Below, one piece after another: positions 1 to 8,777 of a stretch of 45,413 nucleotides of DNA; position 1 is the stretch's first letter, and each line of letters opens with the position of its first letter. The notes under the pieces are model-generated. The model had not been told where the DNA came from, did not search any database, and saw only the letters and a program-made list of their open reading frames with translations. A program made the position numbers and the translations under genes. The DNA is taken from IMG/VR virus record IMGVR_UViG_2522572021_000012; one strand, given 5' to 3'. The stretch is from a virus. Taxonomy: Duplodnaviria; Heunggongvirae; Uroviricota; Caudoviricetes.

Positions 1-1173
1 TCAGGCCTTATGGTGGAAATAATCACTCAGGCGAGAAAACATGCTGCCTTCCCCGACAGATTCCAGGGTAACCAGCGGCCAGTGCGCCACCTGTTTATCA
101 CGGTCGTAAAGTTCAATTTCCCCTACCCGCTGATGGGCGCTAATTGGCGCGGTGAGCTCTTTACCATTAAGGGTATATTTGGCTTTGATATGTGGAATTT
201 CGGCTTTCGGTAGCACCATCCAGAACTCTTGTTCCGTTCCCAGGGCGATATTTTCTTTATCACCATACCAGATGCGTTCCGTACCGACCTTTTTCCTACG
301 GTGCAAAATTTGCACCGTAGTAAAGTTTTGTTGCCCCCAACGCAGTAATTTTTTTGCCTCTTCCTCACGACCTTTTGCGCTGTCAGCACCCATTACCACT
401 GCAATGAGGCGACGCTGCCCGTCTACAGCCGAAGCAATAAGATTAAACCCGGCACCAGAAGTATGGCCCGTTTTCAGGCCGTCAACATTCATGGTCTTAT
501 CCCACAATAACCCGTTACGGTTTTGCTGGGTGATACCGTTCCAGGTGAGACTTTTCTCACTGTACATATGATAAAACTCGGGCTCGCCGTGGATGATAGC
601 GCGAGAAAGCACGGCTAAATCATAAGCCGAGCTATGCTGGCCAGGTGCATCCAGACCATGCACTGTTTCAAAATGCGTATCCTTGAGATGCAGCTTCTCG
701 GCATAGTTGTTCATCATTTCAACAAACTGCCGTTGCCCACCGGCAATATAGTCAGCCAGAGCAACACAAGCGTCATTTCCGGAATCCACAATTAAACCAC
801 GGCTTAAATCACGTACCGATACGCGATCGCCCTCTTTCAAAAACATCAGTGAAGAACCGACAAACACCGGATTATCTTTCGCCCACGCATCGCGCCCCAC
901 GGTGACAATATCGTCTGGCGTAATGCGATGACTATCGATAGCGCGATCCACGACATAACCCGTCATCAGCTTTGTCAGGCTGGCGGGATTGCGCTGTTGA
1001 TGCTCATTACCCGCGGTGAGGATCTGTCCGGTGGTGTAATCCATCAGTACCCAGGACCCGGCATGAATCTCTGGAGGCTGAGGTGAAAAAGGAATGTTTT
1101 CCGCCGCAAAACCAGACGATAAGTTAAAAACGAACAAAGAAGCAGCAATAATAAGACGGCGTTTCAACAGCAA
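1..1173 (-). CDS. dacD: D-alanyl-D-alanine carboxypeptidase (low-MW penicillin-binding protein, PBP6b type)
   Basis: 390-aa ORF with N-terminal signal peptide and SxxK (SLTK), SGN and KTG motifs; recognised as DacD-like; host gene flanking the prophage. Confidence 0.85.
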   Translation of the reverse strand: MLLKRRLIIAASLFVFNLSSGFAAENIPFSPQPPEIHAGSWVLMDYTTGQILTAGNEHQQRNPASLTKLMTGYVVDRAIDSHRITPDDIVTVGRDAWAKDNPVFVGSSLMFLKEGDRVSVRDLSRGLIVDSGNDACVALADYIAGGQRQFVEMMNNYAEKLHLKDTHFETVHGLDAPGQHSSAYDLAVLSRAIIHGEPEFYHMYSEKSLTWNGITQQNRNGLLWDKTMNVDGLKTGHTSGAGFNLIASAVDGQRRLIAVVMGADSAKGREEEAKKLLRWGQQNFTTVQILHRRKKVGTERIWYGDKENIALGTEQEFWMVLPKAEIPHIKAKYTLNGKELTAPISAHQRVGEIELYDRDKQVAHWPLVTLESVGEGSMFSRLSDYFHHKA

Positions 1174-1651
1174 ACCCTCAGGAGTTTCAAATAGCTGTTC
1201 TTTTTACGGAAATACTTATGAACTGGCTGGAATAAAGTGCAAGAAAATGTGACTACCCTCTCATTTTTATCTGACATGATCTGTTGCCACTCGCTGTCAA
1301 ATGGTTGCGCTAAAGCTGATTAGCACGGTGATATTTGATACTCTGGCAAACAGCAGAAATAACGGATTTAACCTAATGATGAATGACGGTAAGCAACAAT
1401 CTACCTTTTTGTTTCACGATTACGCGAAACACCCCTGAGAACCGCCATGAACAAGGGTTTCATGATTTGTGATTTTAGTTTGGTACGCAATTTGGTACAC
1501 AACACAATTTTCACTTCAGCGGGTAGTCATCAAACTCACCATAACGAGCATCGTTAATGATGTATGTGATCACCACAAACATCACATCTGGACTAGTTCC
1601 GTTTTCATGCGCAGGTATTTGTTCACGCCTCCCTTTCTGCAAATCCTAAAG

Positions 1652-1753
1652 ATGAGATTTAAAGGTGAGGAACTGGCGCAATATAATTTGTGGCTGGATT
1701 ATCTGGACGCACTGGAACTGGTCGATACCTCCAGTGCTCCAGATATTGAATGA
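1652..1753 (+). pseudogene. 3' remnant of a second tail-fibre assembly (Tfa/U'-type) gene, convergent with the intact tfa
   Basis: Last ~30 codons (LWLDYLDALELVDTSSAPDIE) mirror the C-terminus of the adjacent Tfa (LDYIDAVTATDTSTAPDV); the rest of ORF 1469-1753 is not fibre-like. Confidence 0.5.
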
Positions 1754-1754
1754 C

Positions 1755-2348
1755 CTACGCCTCCGGCAGTTCAGGCCAGATGACATCCGGCGCGGTGCTG
1801 GTATCTGTTGCCGTCACCGCGTCAATGTAATCCAGCACAGCGTTAAGTCTGGTTGTTTCTGCCTGCGTCAGTTTACGTCCGGCCTGTAATTTCAGCTGAA
1901 TCAGACTAATGGAAGCCATTGCTGCATCAATCAGTGACTGGCGCTGTGCTTCTGCCGCTTCTACTGCGGCACCGTGTTGTGCCTCAGTATCTGTCACCCA
2001 TTTCTCACCATCCCATTTATCATATGGCGTTAACGGTGAAAGCGTGACATAACCGTTTTTGATGGCACCGATATAATCCACTGTAACAGCAGCACCATTT
2101 TCGATTGAGTAAACAGTCTCATTGCGATGGTCTTCTTCATGGCTCCATCCCTTACCTGTAAATACTGCCACTCTTCTCGGAATGTTTTCGCCAGGGTCAA
2201 TTCCAGTGGAACAGGCGGGCATACTTACGCCAGTATTAATATATTCATCAGACCAGCCCGTATACTCAGATGTTTCAGCATCATAATAAAAACAACGCAT
2301 ATCGCCCGGCACTGTAGCCAGCCCATTTTTATCAAAAACAGGTTTCAT
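1755..2348 (-). CDS. tail fibre assembly protein (Tfa/U-like)
   Basis: 197-aa ORF immediately downstream of the fibre gene; C-terminal TSTAPDVIWPELP tail typical of Tfa chaperones. Confidence 0.75.
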   Translation of the reverse strand: MKPVFDKNGLATVPGDMRCFYYDAETSEYTGWSDEYINTGVSMPACSTGIDPGENIPRRVAVFTGKGWSHEEDHRNETVYSIENGAAVTVDYIGAIKNGYVTLSPLTPYDKWDGEKWVTDTEAQHGAAVEAAEAQRQSLIDAAMASISLIQLKLQAGRKLTQAETTRLNAVLDYIDAVTATDTSTAPDVIWPELPEA

Positions 2349-3142
2349 TATTTAGCCCTCACCAGAAAGTTAAATGCGATGTTACGTGGTCTGACGGCTA
2401 TAAAATTCACACCATCACCCACTGAATTACTGGTGTAATGGTATCGAGAGAAAACCGGCTCGTGTGCTGATATTCCATCGTGATTAGCAATCGAATGGCC
2501 GGATCCCTCTGGATAATTACCTCCAAATTGCGATAAAGATGTTGCTGCCTGCCAGCTTAATAATGCTCGTCCACTGTCCGCCCCTCGCCCGTCATCCCAG
2601 ATACGAATGAAATCACCGCGGGCTTCAGGTAATACCAGCGAAGGAAACACTTTCGCCAGCACAGGGTAATCAGTGGCAGAGAATTTCGCCCCGTTGAACT
2701 TCAAAAACACCATACTGGACCAGCTGTCGATTACAGTATTTGGCATTGCAGCGGACGGCCAGAAGAACGGAACGCCAATAGCTGGAGCACCTTCTCCCAA
2801 ACCAAGGTTTTCGAGAGCCGTTTTCACCGTGCCATCCGATTTGATATCGCCAAACGGATTCTTGCGGCTCAGGTATTCAACAGCAAACCCCGATCCCAGC
2901 AATTCAACAAAACCGGGCAGATCACCATTATCAAGCACATCCCGTTGCGTTTTATCACTTACAAACTGGGCCAGAGCTGCAGCAATAAAGCTGGCCTGCC
3001 GAATAACCTTATTGACTTGCGCACTGGATGCTTTCCCTGCTGTAAATCCGGATATAAGCGCAGGCAACGCTTCCCATTCCTCCTGCGACATAACATTGGC
3101 ATTTCGATCAGTTGCAAACGCTTTAAAGTCATTTTTCGCCAT
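2348..3142 (-). CDS. tail fibre protein
   Basis: ORF 2348-3160; start placed at MAKNDFKAF (ATGA overlap with upstream stop); N-terminus resembles lambdoid side-tail-fibre proteins; followed by tfa. Confidence 0.65.
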   Translation of the reverse strand: MAKNDFKAFATDRNANVMSQEEWEALPALISGFTAGKASSAQVNKVIRQASFIAAALAQFVSDKTQRDVLDNGDLPGFVELLGSGFAVEYLSRKNPFGDIKSDGTVKTALENLGLGEGAPAIGVPFFWPSAAMPNTVIDSWSSMVFLKFNGAKFSATDYPVLAKVFPSLVLPEARGDFIRIWDDGRGADSGRALLSWQAATSLSQFGGNYPEGSGHSIANHDGISAHEPVFSRYHYTSNSVGDGVNFIAVRPRNIAFNFLVRAK

Positions 3143-3822
3143 CAGAGTAATACTCCCCATGCCCCTACATCAAAACCACTGATGAATTCGTTATCCATAT
3201 CAAAACCAAAAAATTTAGAGCCTTCCGATGGAGTTTCCACCGAAGGTGTTTCAATGCCCCCCGCCCATACCCCGGCGGCTTTTACTGTTAGATACCCCTG
3301 TTTAATTGCCGCAATTAACTCACGCGATACATCTGAAATATCAGTATCAGGAAAGACCCAGACCGATATCGTCATGTCCTGGTTATCGACTATCTGCATT
3401 CGCAGCCCGGATCCTGCTGTTGCCGCGTCAAGAATTGCCGGAAGCGAATCATTCCGTCCGTCCCAGTTATTAATCGCAATCTTCGCTTTAAGAATGACAC
3501 GATAAGTTTCATCGCTGAGATACATGTATCCTGAATCAGGATCGTATGGTCCCTGCCATACCCCCTGATCATATCCAAGCCCGTCGGTATCCCAGCTGAA
3601 ATAGACACCTGAGATAGGCTGGCTGACAACACGGCTACGTCCGATCCACAATCCAAGAATGTCAAGTTGCACACCAACCGCAGAGTCAATATCAAATGCA
3701 GTAATCAGCCCTCTGGTGGCAGCCGCAACATCAATAAGTGGCCGGGTCATCAGATCAACATGCGCAAGAAATTTAGGTTTGGTGGCGTGGTAGTTCGTGA
3801 TTAGTTCGGTGTATTTGCTCAT
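3142..3822 (-). CDS. baseplate/tail protein (gpI / XkdU position)
   Basis: 226-aa ORF between the baseplate J-like gene and the fibre gene; function from synteny only. Confidence 0.5.
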   Translation of the reverse strand: MSKYTELITNYHATKPKFLAHVDLMTRPLIDVAAATRGLITAFDIDSAVGVQLDILGLWIGRSRVVSQPISGVYFSWDTDGLGYDQGVWQGPYDPDSGYMYLSDETYRVILKAKIAINNWDGRNDSLPAILDAATAGSGLRMQIVDNQDMTISVWVFPDTDISDVSRELIAAIKQGYLTVKAAGVWAGGIETPSVETPSEGSKFFGFDMDNEFISGFDVGAWGVLL

Positions 3823-5018
3823 GACTCCACCGTTATAACGATATTTTCCGGGGTACAGGACGCAGATTCGTTGTATCTGATATCAATGTTTGATGACGAC
3901 AAAGCCCCCGGGGATTTCCCAATCGTCAGTTCCTGAATATCGTAATAGCGTGCATTCCCGCCACTCACCACGCCAAGATTCGCCGGTGAGTAAATGCGAC
4001 TTAAAAGGACCGAATCACCAATCATCAGACTATTGATATAGTCGGAAATAGCCTGCTGGATCTGCTGCCCTATCTGTGAGGTATAACCCGTAAAAACTTT
4101 TAATTTAATCCGGGCATAAACAGGCACATCACTGGAACGCGAGAATTTGATTACATGGGGATTGCCGTATTTATCCGGAACCGTAACGGATGTTGTACCG
4201 TGAGTGGCTGTCCCCTGGCCTTTATTTCCTCTGATAGCCTGAGCAATATCCGTCACATCACCGCCATCCACAATTACAGCAACAGAGTGTGGCGGTAACC
4301 CGTTACCGTCCTCCGAACCAGTATCATTTTCATAGAGTTTGTGGCGGGTTACACCGGTAACATTAGAAACAGCACCATCCAGTGCTTCAAATGGGGTTAT
4401 TGATGGCAACGCAACACTTTGCGACTGACGGATACGTAACTCCGCATCAGTTTCTGCCGGAGTGCCTACAGTAGCTGCAGCAGGATTGGTTACCGAAACC
4501 CAGCCACGGGTTGGCGTATTAATTTCAGTGATAGTTCCAGCCAGCGCCGCCACTGCACCACTGACAGAACATGTTGCGGTCGCCATCACTGTACCATCCA
4601 CGCCGACCACCACTGAAGCAGGCAAACGCCATATCACATTATTACTGTCTTTCACGCTGCCATTAATGATGGTTGTTCCGGCAGTTCCTGTAAGAAGCAA
4701 ATCAACCGTAGAGTTCGTCGCGCCTTTACGTGAAATACCATTTATTTTCACGTTACTGGTCAGTGCAGCCCCATAGCCGGTTGCCGGTGAAAAACAGTTG
4801 TAGACAGTTATCGCAGTGTTATTGGCATCATGAATCGCCAGCGCCATCAGAGCCACCATCTGGCCGTCTTTGCTGTCCGGTTCGAGGTAGGCATCACTGC
4901 CATAAATCTGCTGAAAATAGCTAATCAGGGTGCTGAGTATCGTCTGATAATCAGGCGCACTGATCCCCTCCGCGGTTACCTTTGCAGATAAACCGAGAGA
5001 ATCAAGGTTCAGAGCCAT
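3819..5018 (-). CDS. baseplate J-like protein
   Basis: 399-aa ORF in the conserved baseplate position, translationally coupled to neighbours; family recalled, not searched. Confidence 0.65.
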   Translation of the reverse strand: MALNLDSLGLSAKVTAEGISAPDYQTILSTLISYFQQIYGSDAYLEPDSKDGQMVALMALAIHDANNTAITVYNCFSPATGYGAALTSNVKINGISRKGATNSTVDLLLTGTAGTTIINGSVKDSNNVIWRLPASVVVGVDGTVMATATCSVSGAVAALAGTITEINTPTRGWVSVTNPAAATVGTPAETDAELRIRQSQSVALPSITPFEALDGAVSNVTGVTRHKLYENDTGSEDGNGLPPHSVAVIVDGGDVTDIAQAIRGNKGQGTATHGTTSVTVPDKYGNPHVIKFSRSSDVPVYARIKLKVFTGYTSQIGQQIQQAISDYINSLMIGDSVLLSRIYSPANLGVVSGGNARYYDIQELTIGKSPGALSSSNIDIRYNESASCTPENIVITVES

Positions 5019-5371
5019 TACGCCTCCGATGTAACAGTCGTTATTCCATAAAGAGTGTCGATTTCAGCGGAAAACATGACACGTCGGGTCGTGGTATCCA
5101 CCGTCGTATTGAAAGAGAGGATTGATTTAACGCCCCGCGTTTCCAGAATGCGTTTTCTGATCGCCAGGTTGTAAGTTTCCGGTTTTTGCCTGCCCAGCAC
5201 GGACTGGATCCACGGAGTCCCCTCGGTGGTGTCGAGAAACCATTGCCCATACCACAATTCGAATCGCGTTTTTACCGCCTGCGCCACGGCCTCCGGTGAG
5301 TTAATCAGCCAGGTGTCATCACCGCTGCCAAAGGTATAATCGCCATCGGCGTCTTCACGTCTGTATCGCAT
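5018..5371 (-). CDS. baseplate wedge protein (gp25/gpW position)
   Basis: 117-aa ORF between the spike-like and J-like genes; synteny. Confidence 0.5.
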   Translation of the reverse strand: MRYRREDADGDYTFGSGDDTWLINSPEAVAQAVKTRFELWYGQWFLDTTEGTPWIQSVLGRQKPETYNLAIRKRILETRGVKSILSFNTTVDTTTRRVMFSAEIDTLYGITTVTSEA

Positions 5372-6126
5372 CAGTTAGGCGCTCCTGTGTTACCGCCGCC
5401 GGTCTGTACTCCGCCGTGCGTGTGCGTCATCAGGCTCTTACCACCAGCTTTTACATCGTTAGTCACCGTGACAGGGCCAAGCATCGTCGCGGTGCCGCCG
5501 CTTTCGCCCATCCCCTGAGAGAGATTCCCGTTTATTGTCACGTTGCCGTTTAGCGTGATGGTGGGTGATGTGATCGTGGTTCCTCCTTCTGCTGTCGCCG
5601 TCAACGCGCCGGGAGTTTTAACCGTGATATTATGGCCTGCGGCCACTTCCACAAACGCAGCGCCATCATCAGTACGCAGCTGCGCGCCACTGGTGCTTAT
5701 TCCGCTTATTTTCTGCGCCTGAGACTGCGGCCCGACGATACAGAAAGCATCCGATAAATCATGCACCCGGTCGTCGACAGGCTCCTGCACCCCGCCGTTC
5801 TGCCACCAGAAATCGATGCAGCGGTCGGCGAAAATCACCAGGCATTCATCCCCGGCTTTAACCGGAAAAGTCAACGTACAGCCTCCACCGCGCGGAAATA
5901 CCACTGGCACATCCACCAGCAACGGGTAATTTTTGGTAATGCGGTTACCGTCGTTATCCTTTTCAACCGAACGGATAGCTGGCTGCACAACCGCCGTCAC
6001 CGCGTCGGGATCGAATGACTGAACAATGCCAGGCAAGGCGACACGGATCTGGTTCTTTGTTGTTTCCCGTTCAGATTTGAATGTTTCGGCAAGGTCGCCG
6101 CTGCGGGTCTGGTCAGATACTGCCAT
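5371..6126 (-). CDS. baseplate spike / gpV-like protein
   Basis: 251 aa; Gly/Thr-rich C-terminal repeats (TITSPTITLNGNVTINGNL) suggest a beta-helical spike; GGAG RBS upstream. Confidence 0.55.
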   Translation of the reverse strand: MAVSDQTRSGDLAETFKSERETTKNQIRVALPGIVQSFDPDAVTAVVQPAIRSVEKDNDGNRITKNYPLLVDVPVVFPRGGGCTLTFPVKAGDECLVIFADRCIDFWWQNGGVQEPVDDRVHDLSDAFCIVGPQSQAQKISGISTSGAQLRTDDGAAFVEVAAGHNITVKTPGALTATAEGGTTITSPTITLNGNVTINGNLSQGMGESGGTATMLGPVTVTNDVKAGGKSLMTHTHGGVQTGGGNTGAPN

Positions 6127-6141
6127 TTAGTAGGCTCCAGA

Positions 6142-6167
6142 AAGCAAAAAACCCGCCGGGTGGCGGG
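6142..6167 (-). terminator. rho-independent terminator downstream of the 79-aa moron gene
   Basis: Minus strand reads CCCGCCACCCGGCGGG (6-bp GC stem) followed by TTTTTTGCTTT, 19 nt after the stop at 6186. Confidence 0.6.
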
Positions 6168-6185
6168 TTCATTATTGAAGTTTCA

Positions 6186-6425
6186 TTACTGCTTGTTTGC
6201 TTCTAACGCTTCAGCTATTCGGCGAAGATACTCATTGTTTTTAAATGAAACCATGATGCACTCAAAAAATATTCGGCAAAATACAGCACATAACAAAAGC
6301 ACTAAAGCGCCAGCAGCCTTCCCATTAACAAACGTTATAATGGCGGCAACAACCAGAAGTAACATTGTGATGCCATACAGAACGTTGATGATTTTTGGAG
6401 TTATTAATTTATCAAATCCGAACAT
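6186..6425 (-). CDS. small two-helix membrane protein (moron inside the baseplate operon)
   Basis: 79 aa with two hydrophobic segments; own terminator downstream and possible -10 upstream; not a recognisable virion protein. Confidence 0.6.
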   Translation of the reverse strand: MFGFDKLITPKIINVLYGITMLLLVVAAIITFVNGKAAGALVLLLCAVFCRIFFECIMVSFKNNEYLRRIAEALEANKQ

Positions 6426-6462
6426 GCGACAAATTCCTTATCGTGAAAGTAGAAGTATCACA

Positions 6463-6468
6463 TTATAA
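6463..6468 (-). promoter_or_regulatory. candidate -10 hexamer (TATAAT) for the 79-aa moron gene
   Basis: Perfect TATAAT on the minus strand ~37 nt upstream of the ATG; -35 is weak (TTGTTG at 16-nt spacing). Confidence 0.25.
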
Positions 6469-6478
6469 TTACGAGTGA

Positions 6479-6820
6479 TTAATCAACAATCTTTTTGCAT
6501 GGAAAGGAACCGATGATTTTCGGCGCATCCATGCTGTTCTGCAGCAGTTGCACATTCAGGAATCGCGTTTCGGTACCAGGGCGACGAATGTATTCAAAGC
6601 CGTAGTTGTTACCGTCTTTGGCAGGCATAATCCCCATGTCTACTTTCAAACCATTGGTACCCAGTTCGGTGATTTTTTGAGAGGTAACTCTTTCACCGTT
6701 AATTGTCGATAACTCGCCCTGGTTTGCAACCATAGTGTAGCCACCGCATTTAACCGTGAAGCCATCCGCCCACACGCTGCACGCAGAAAAGACAGCTAAC
6801 AGAAAAATGATACCCCTCAT
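6479..6820 (-). CDS. secreted/periplasmic small protein with signal peptide (moron)
   Basis: 113 aa; N-terminal MRGIIFLLAVFSACSVWA signal sequence; two Cys in the mature part; AGGGGA RBS; sits between hub-like and spike-like genes. Confidence 0.6.
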   Translation of the reverse strand: MRGIIFLLAVFSACSVWADGFTVKCGGYTMVANQGELSTINGERVTSQKITELGTNGLKVDMGIMPAKDGNNYGFEYIRRPGTETRFLNVQLLQNSMDAPKIIGSFPCKKIVD

Positions 6821-6823
6821 TGC

Positions 6824-7885
6824 TCATCCCCTTTGCAAAGCCGATTGCGTATACAGATCCGCCGCGCCACGCGCTTCGCACATCATATCCATGTACCACG
6901 CCTGGCCCCTTGTATCGCCAGTGTACATAATCCCGCGCACAATATAAACGCCATCCGTTGCGATGCTGGCAGGTTGTGCTGTGGTGCCGCTGAGCGTGAT
7001 ATTTCCGTCTGTGTTCTGGTCGGTGATCTGCCCACCAGCCATCGCGATATCATTGTTCGACAGCGCGGTGCGGTACACGGAAGCCTGATCCAGCTGAATA
7101 AGCCCGTTAACCCGGATGTTCGGATTAATAAGAGCGCGGACGTTTACGCCGTTACCGATAGTCTGCTGCGGCATGCCGATAAGCCCGGTGGCGCTGTTGA
7201 GCACAATCGCGTCGTGAACATACTCGTTATTCGCCACCATCTGGCGCTGACCGTCCACAAATTGCCATGTTGCGCCACATTGTCCGGCCACGTTATCCAT
7301 AAGATGCCGTGTCATGCCGAACAGCACCCGCCCTCGAGGGTATACGGTAGCAGGCATTTCAGGTGTCAGTCCTTCGGTCGCGCCTTTGGCCTCAAAGTCT
7401 TTCATCAGCGCACGGTTCACATCTGCGACTGTGTAACCGGCAGCCAGCGTCTGTGAGGTTATACTGGTGGCAAATGCCAGATCAGTATCTGCTGCCTGAA
7501 TCAGGACGTAGGTATCAACCGGACTGTCTTTTCCTGTGACCGAGTAGCGAATTTCTCCGCTGAAAATCAGCCCGTAGTTGCGGCCATCACTCTGGCCCAC
7601 GTCCGCCGCGTCAACTTCACGCACAGTCCCGACGTCGCTTGCCGCCACCTCCGGCGCGATACCGTCGTAACCGGCAATCAGCCGCACTTTCGAAAACTCC
7701 TGCCCGGTAATTCGGTTCACAGTATCTGCCGAAAGGTTATAAATTTTGATAGTCCCTACCCGGGACGCGCTGCTGATGTTGAACCAGTCGATCGTAAAGG
7801 TGACTTTGAAATCACTTAGCTCAATTCCCTTACCGTTCCCGTCCACAAGCTGCAGCTCGAAATGTCTCATCCAGTTCTGTGACAT
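6824..7885 (-). CDS. baseplate hub-like tail protein
   Basis: 353-aa ORF in the hub position of PBSX/Mu-like contractile tail modules; synteny. Confidence 0.5.
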   Translation of the reverse strand: MSQNWMRHFELQLVDGNGKGIELSDFKVTFTIDWFNISSASRVGTIKIYNLSADTVNRITGQEFSKVRLIAGYDGIAPEVAASDVGTVREVDAADVGQSDGRNYGLIFSGEIRYSVTGKDSPVDTYVLIQAADTDLAFATSITSQTLAAGYTVADVNRALMKDFEAKGATEGLTPEMPATVYPRGRVLFGMTRHLMDNVAGQCGATWQFVDGQRQMVANNEYVHDAIVLNSATGLIGMPQQTIGNGVNVRALINPNIRVNGLIQLDQASVYRTALSNNDIAMAGGQITDQNTDGNITLSGTTAQPASIATDGVYIVRGIMYTGDTRGQAWYMDMMCEARGAADLYTQSALQRG

Positions 7886-7887
7886 GC

Positions 7888-8190
7888 TTACTCCGTTGAT
7901 ACCAGCAAATGACTGCGCCCGCCCAGGTCAGTTTTCGTGGGATAATCCTGTGTGTTGTCATCGCAGACCACCAACAGCTTAAAACCAAGTCCCATACAGG
8001 CGTACTGCGCCAGCAGATCAGCGCCAGTGACGAGAGGAATACCGGAGATTACCGGCTCTCCTCTGTCGTTCTGCAGGTCCATAATCCAGTAAGGATCGCG
8101 CCATATGATGCTAATCCGCCAGGTGACACCACCCAGGACGATGCTGAACTGCTGGTTGTCCGCTGTCAGCGGAATTTCCTGAATTGTCAT
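7888..8190 (-). CDS. small tail protein, hypothetical
   Basis: 100-aa ORF coupled between neighbours in the tail operon. Confidence 0.45.
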   Translation of the reverse strand: MTIQEIPLTADNQQFSIVLGGVTWRISIIWRDPYWIMDLQNDRGEPVISGIPLVTGADLLAQYACMGLGFKLLVVCDDNTQDYPTKTDLGGRSHLLVSTE

Positions 8191-8777
8191 TAGCCGCCTC
8201 CCAGTAATGACGCCACGTTACCCGTGATGCTTTTCAGCAGTGAAGTATCTGGAGGCTTTGTGGTTTTGTTACCGCTATTCTGTACCGCCGACGTGCTGGC
8301 CCCTTCCTTCATGTTGGTTTTATCCGCGACGGTAATCTGCTGTGTCCGGGAGATAATGACCTCCCTCAGGGTGAGGACGGCGGACAGGACGTTTTCGGTT
8401 GTCTTGTCCGTCGTCACTTCCAGCGCCCGGATCAACATGTTGCTGTACAGCCGTTTACCGGTTACCACATCGAAGGGGATACGGCTTTCCTGCAGATCCA
8501 GTAGCTCCTGATACGTCTGCTGAGGACTCAGGCCGAGCAGGCTGGTAGCCGTCAGATTACTGGCAAAATCCAGCAATGCGCCGCCACCGGCGAAACCAAC
8601 CTCCATCACCACTTCTGACGGTTTTTTATAGGCATGATCAGCGACAGCGGCCCCGACCTCTACCGGATGCTCTGTTATTTCAAGCATATCTGTATGCTTC
8701 TCTGAAATAACAACACTGGGAACAATCATTCCTATTTTTCTGCTCTGCTGATGAAAAAGTGTAGAGAGAATATCCAC
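8190..8777 (-). CDS. tail protein (XkdP position), hypothetical
   Basis: 195-aa ORF directly downstream of the tape measure gene. Confidence 0.45.
   Translation of the reverse strand: MDILSTLFHQQSRKIGMIVPSVVISEKHTDMLEITEHPVEVGAAVADHAYKKPSEVVMEVGFAGGGALLDFASNLTATSLLGLSPQQTYQELLDLQESRIPFDVVTGKRLYSNMLIRALEVTTDKTTENVLSAVLTLREVIISRTQQITVADKTNMKEGASTSAVQNSGNKTTKPPDTSLLKSITGNVASLLGGG

Noticed and set aside
123-571. ORFs inside and antisense to dacD (123-389 minus, 152-571 plus)
   Set aside because: Embedded in a well-supported 390-aa PBP gene; alternative-frame artefacts.
6833-7456. 207-aa plus-strand ORF
   Set aside because: Lies entirely antisense to the baseplate hub-like gene; typical long antisense frame in GC-rich coding sequence, no RBS or partner genes.
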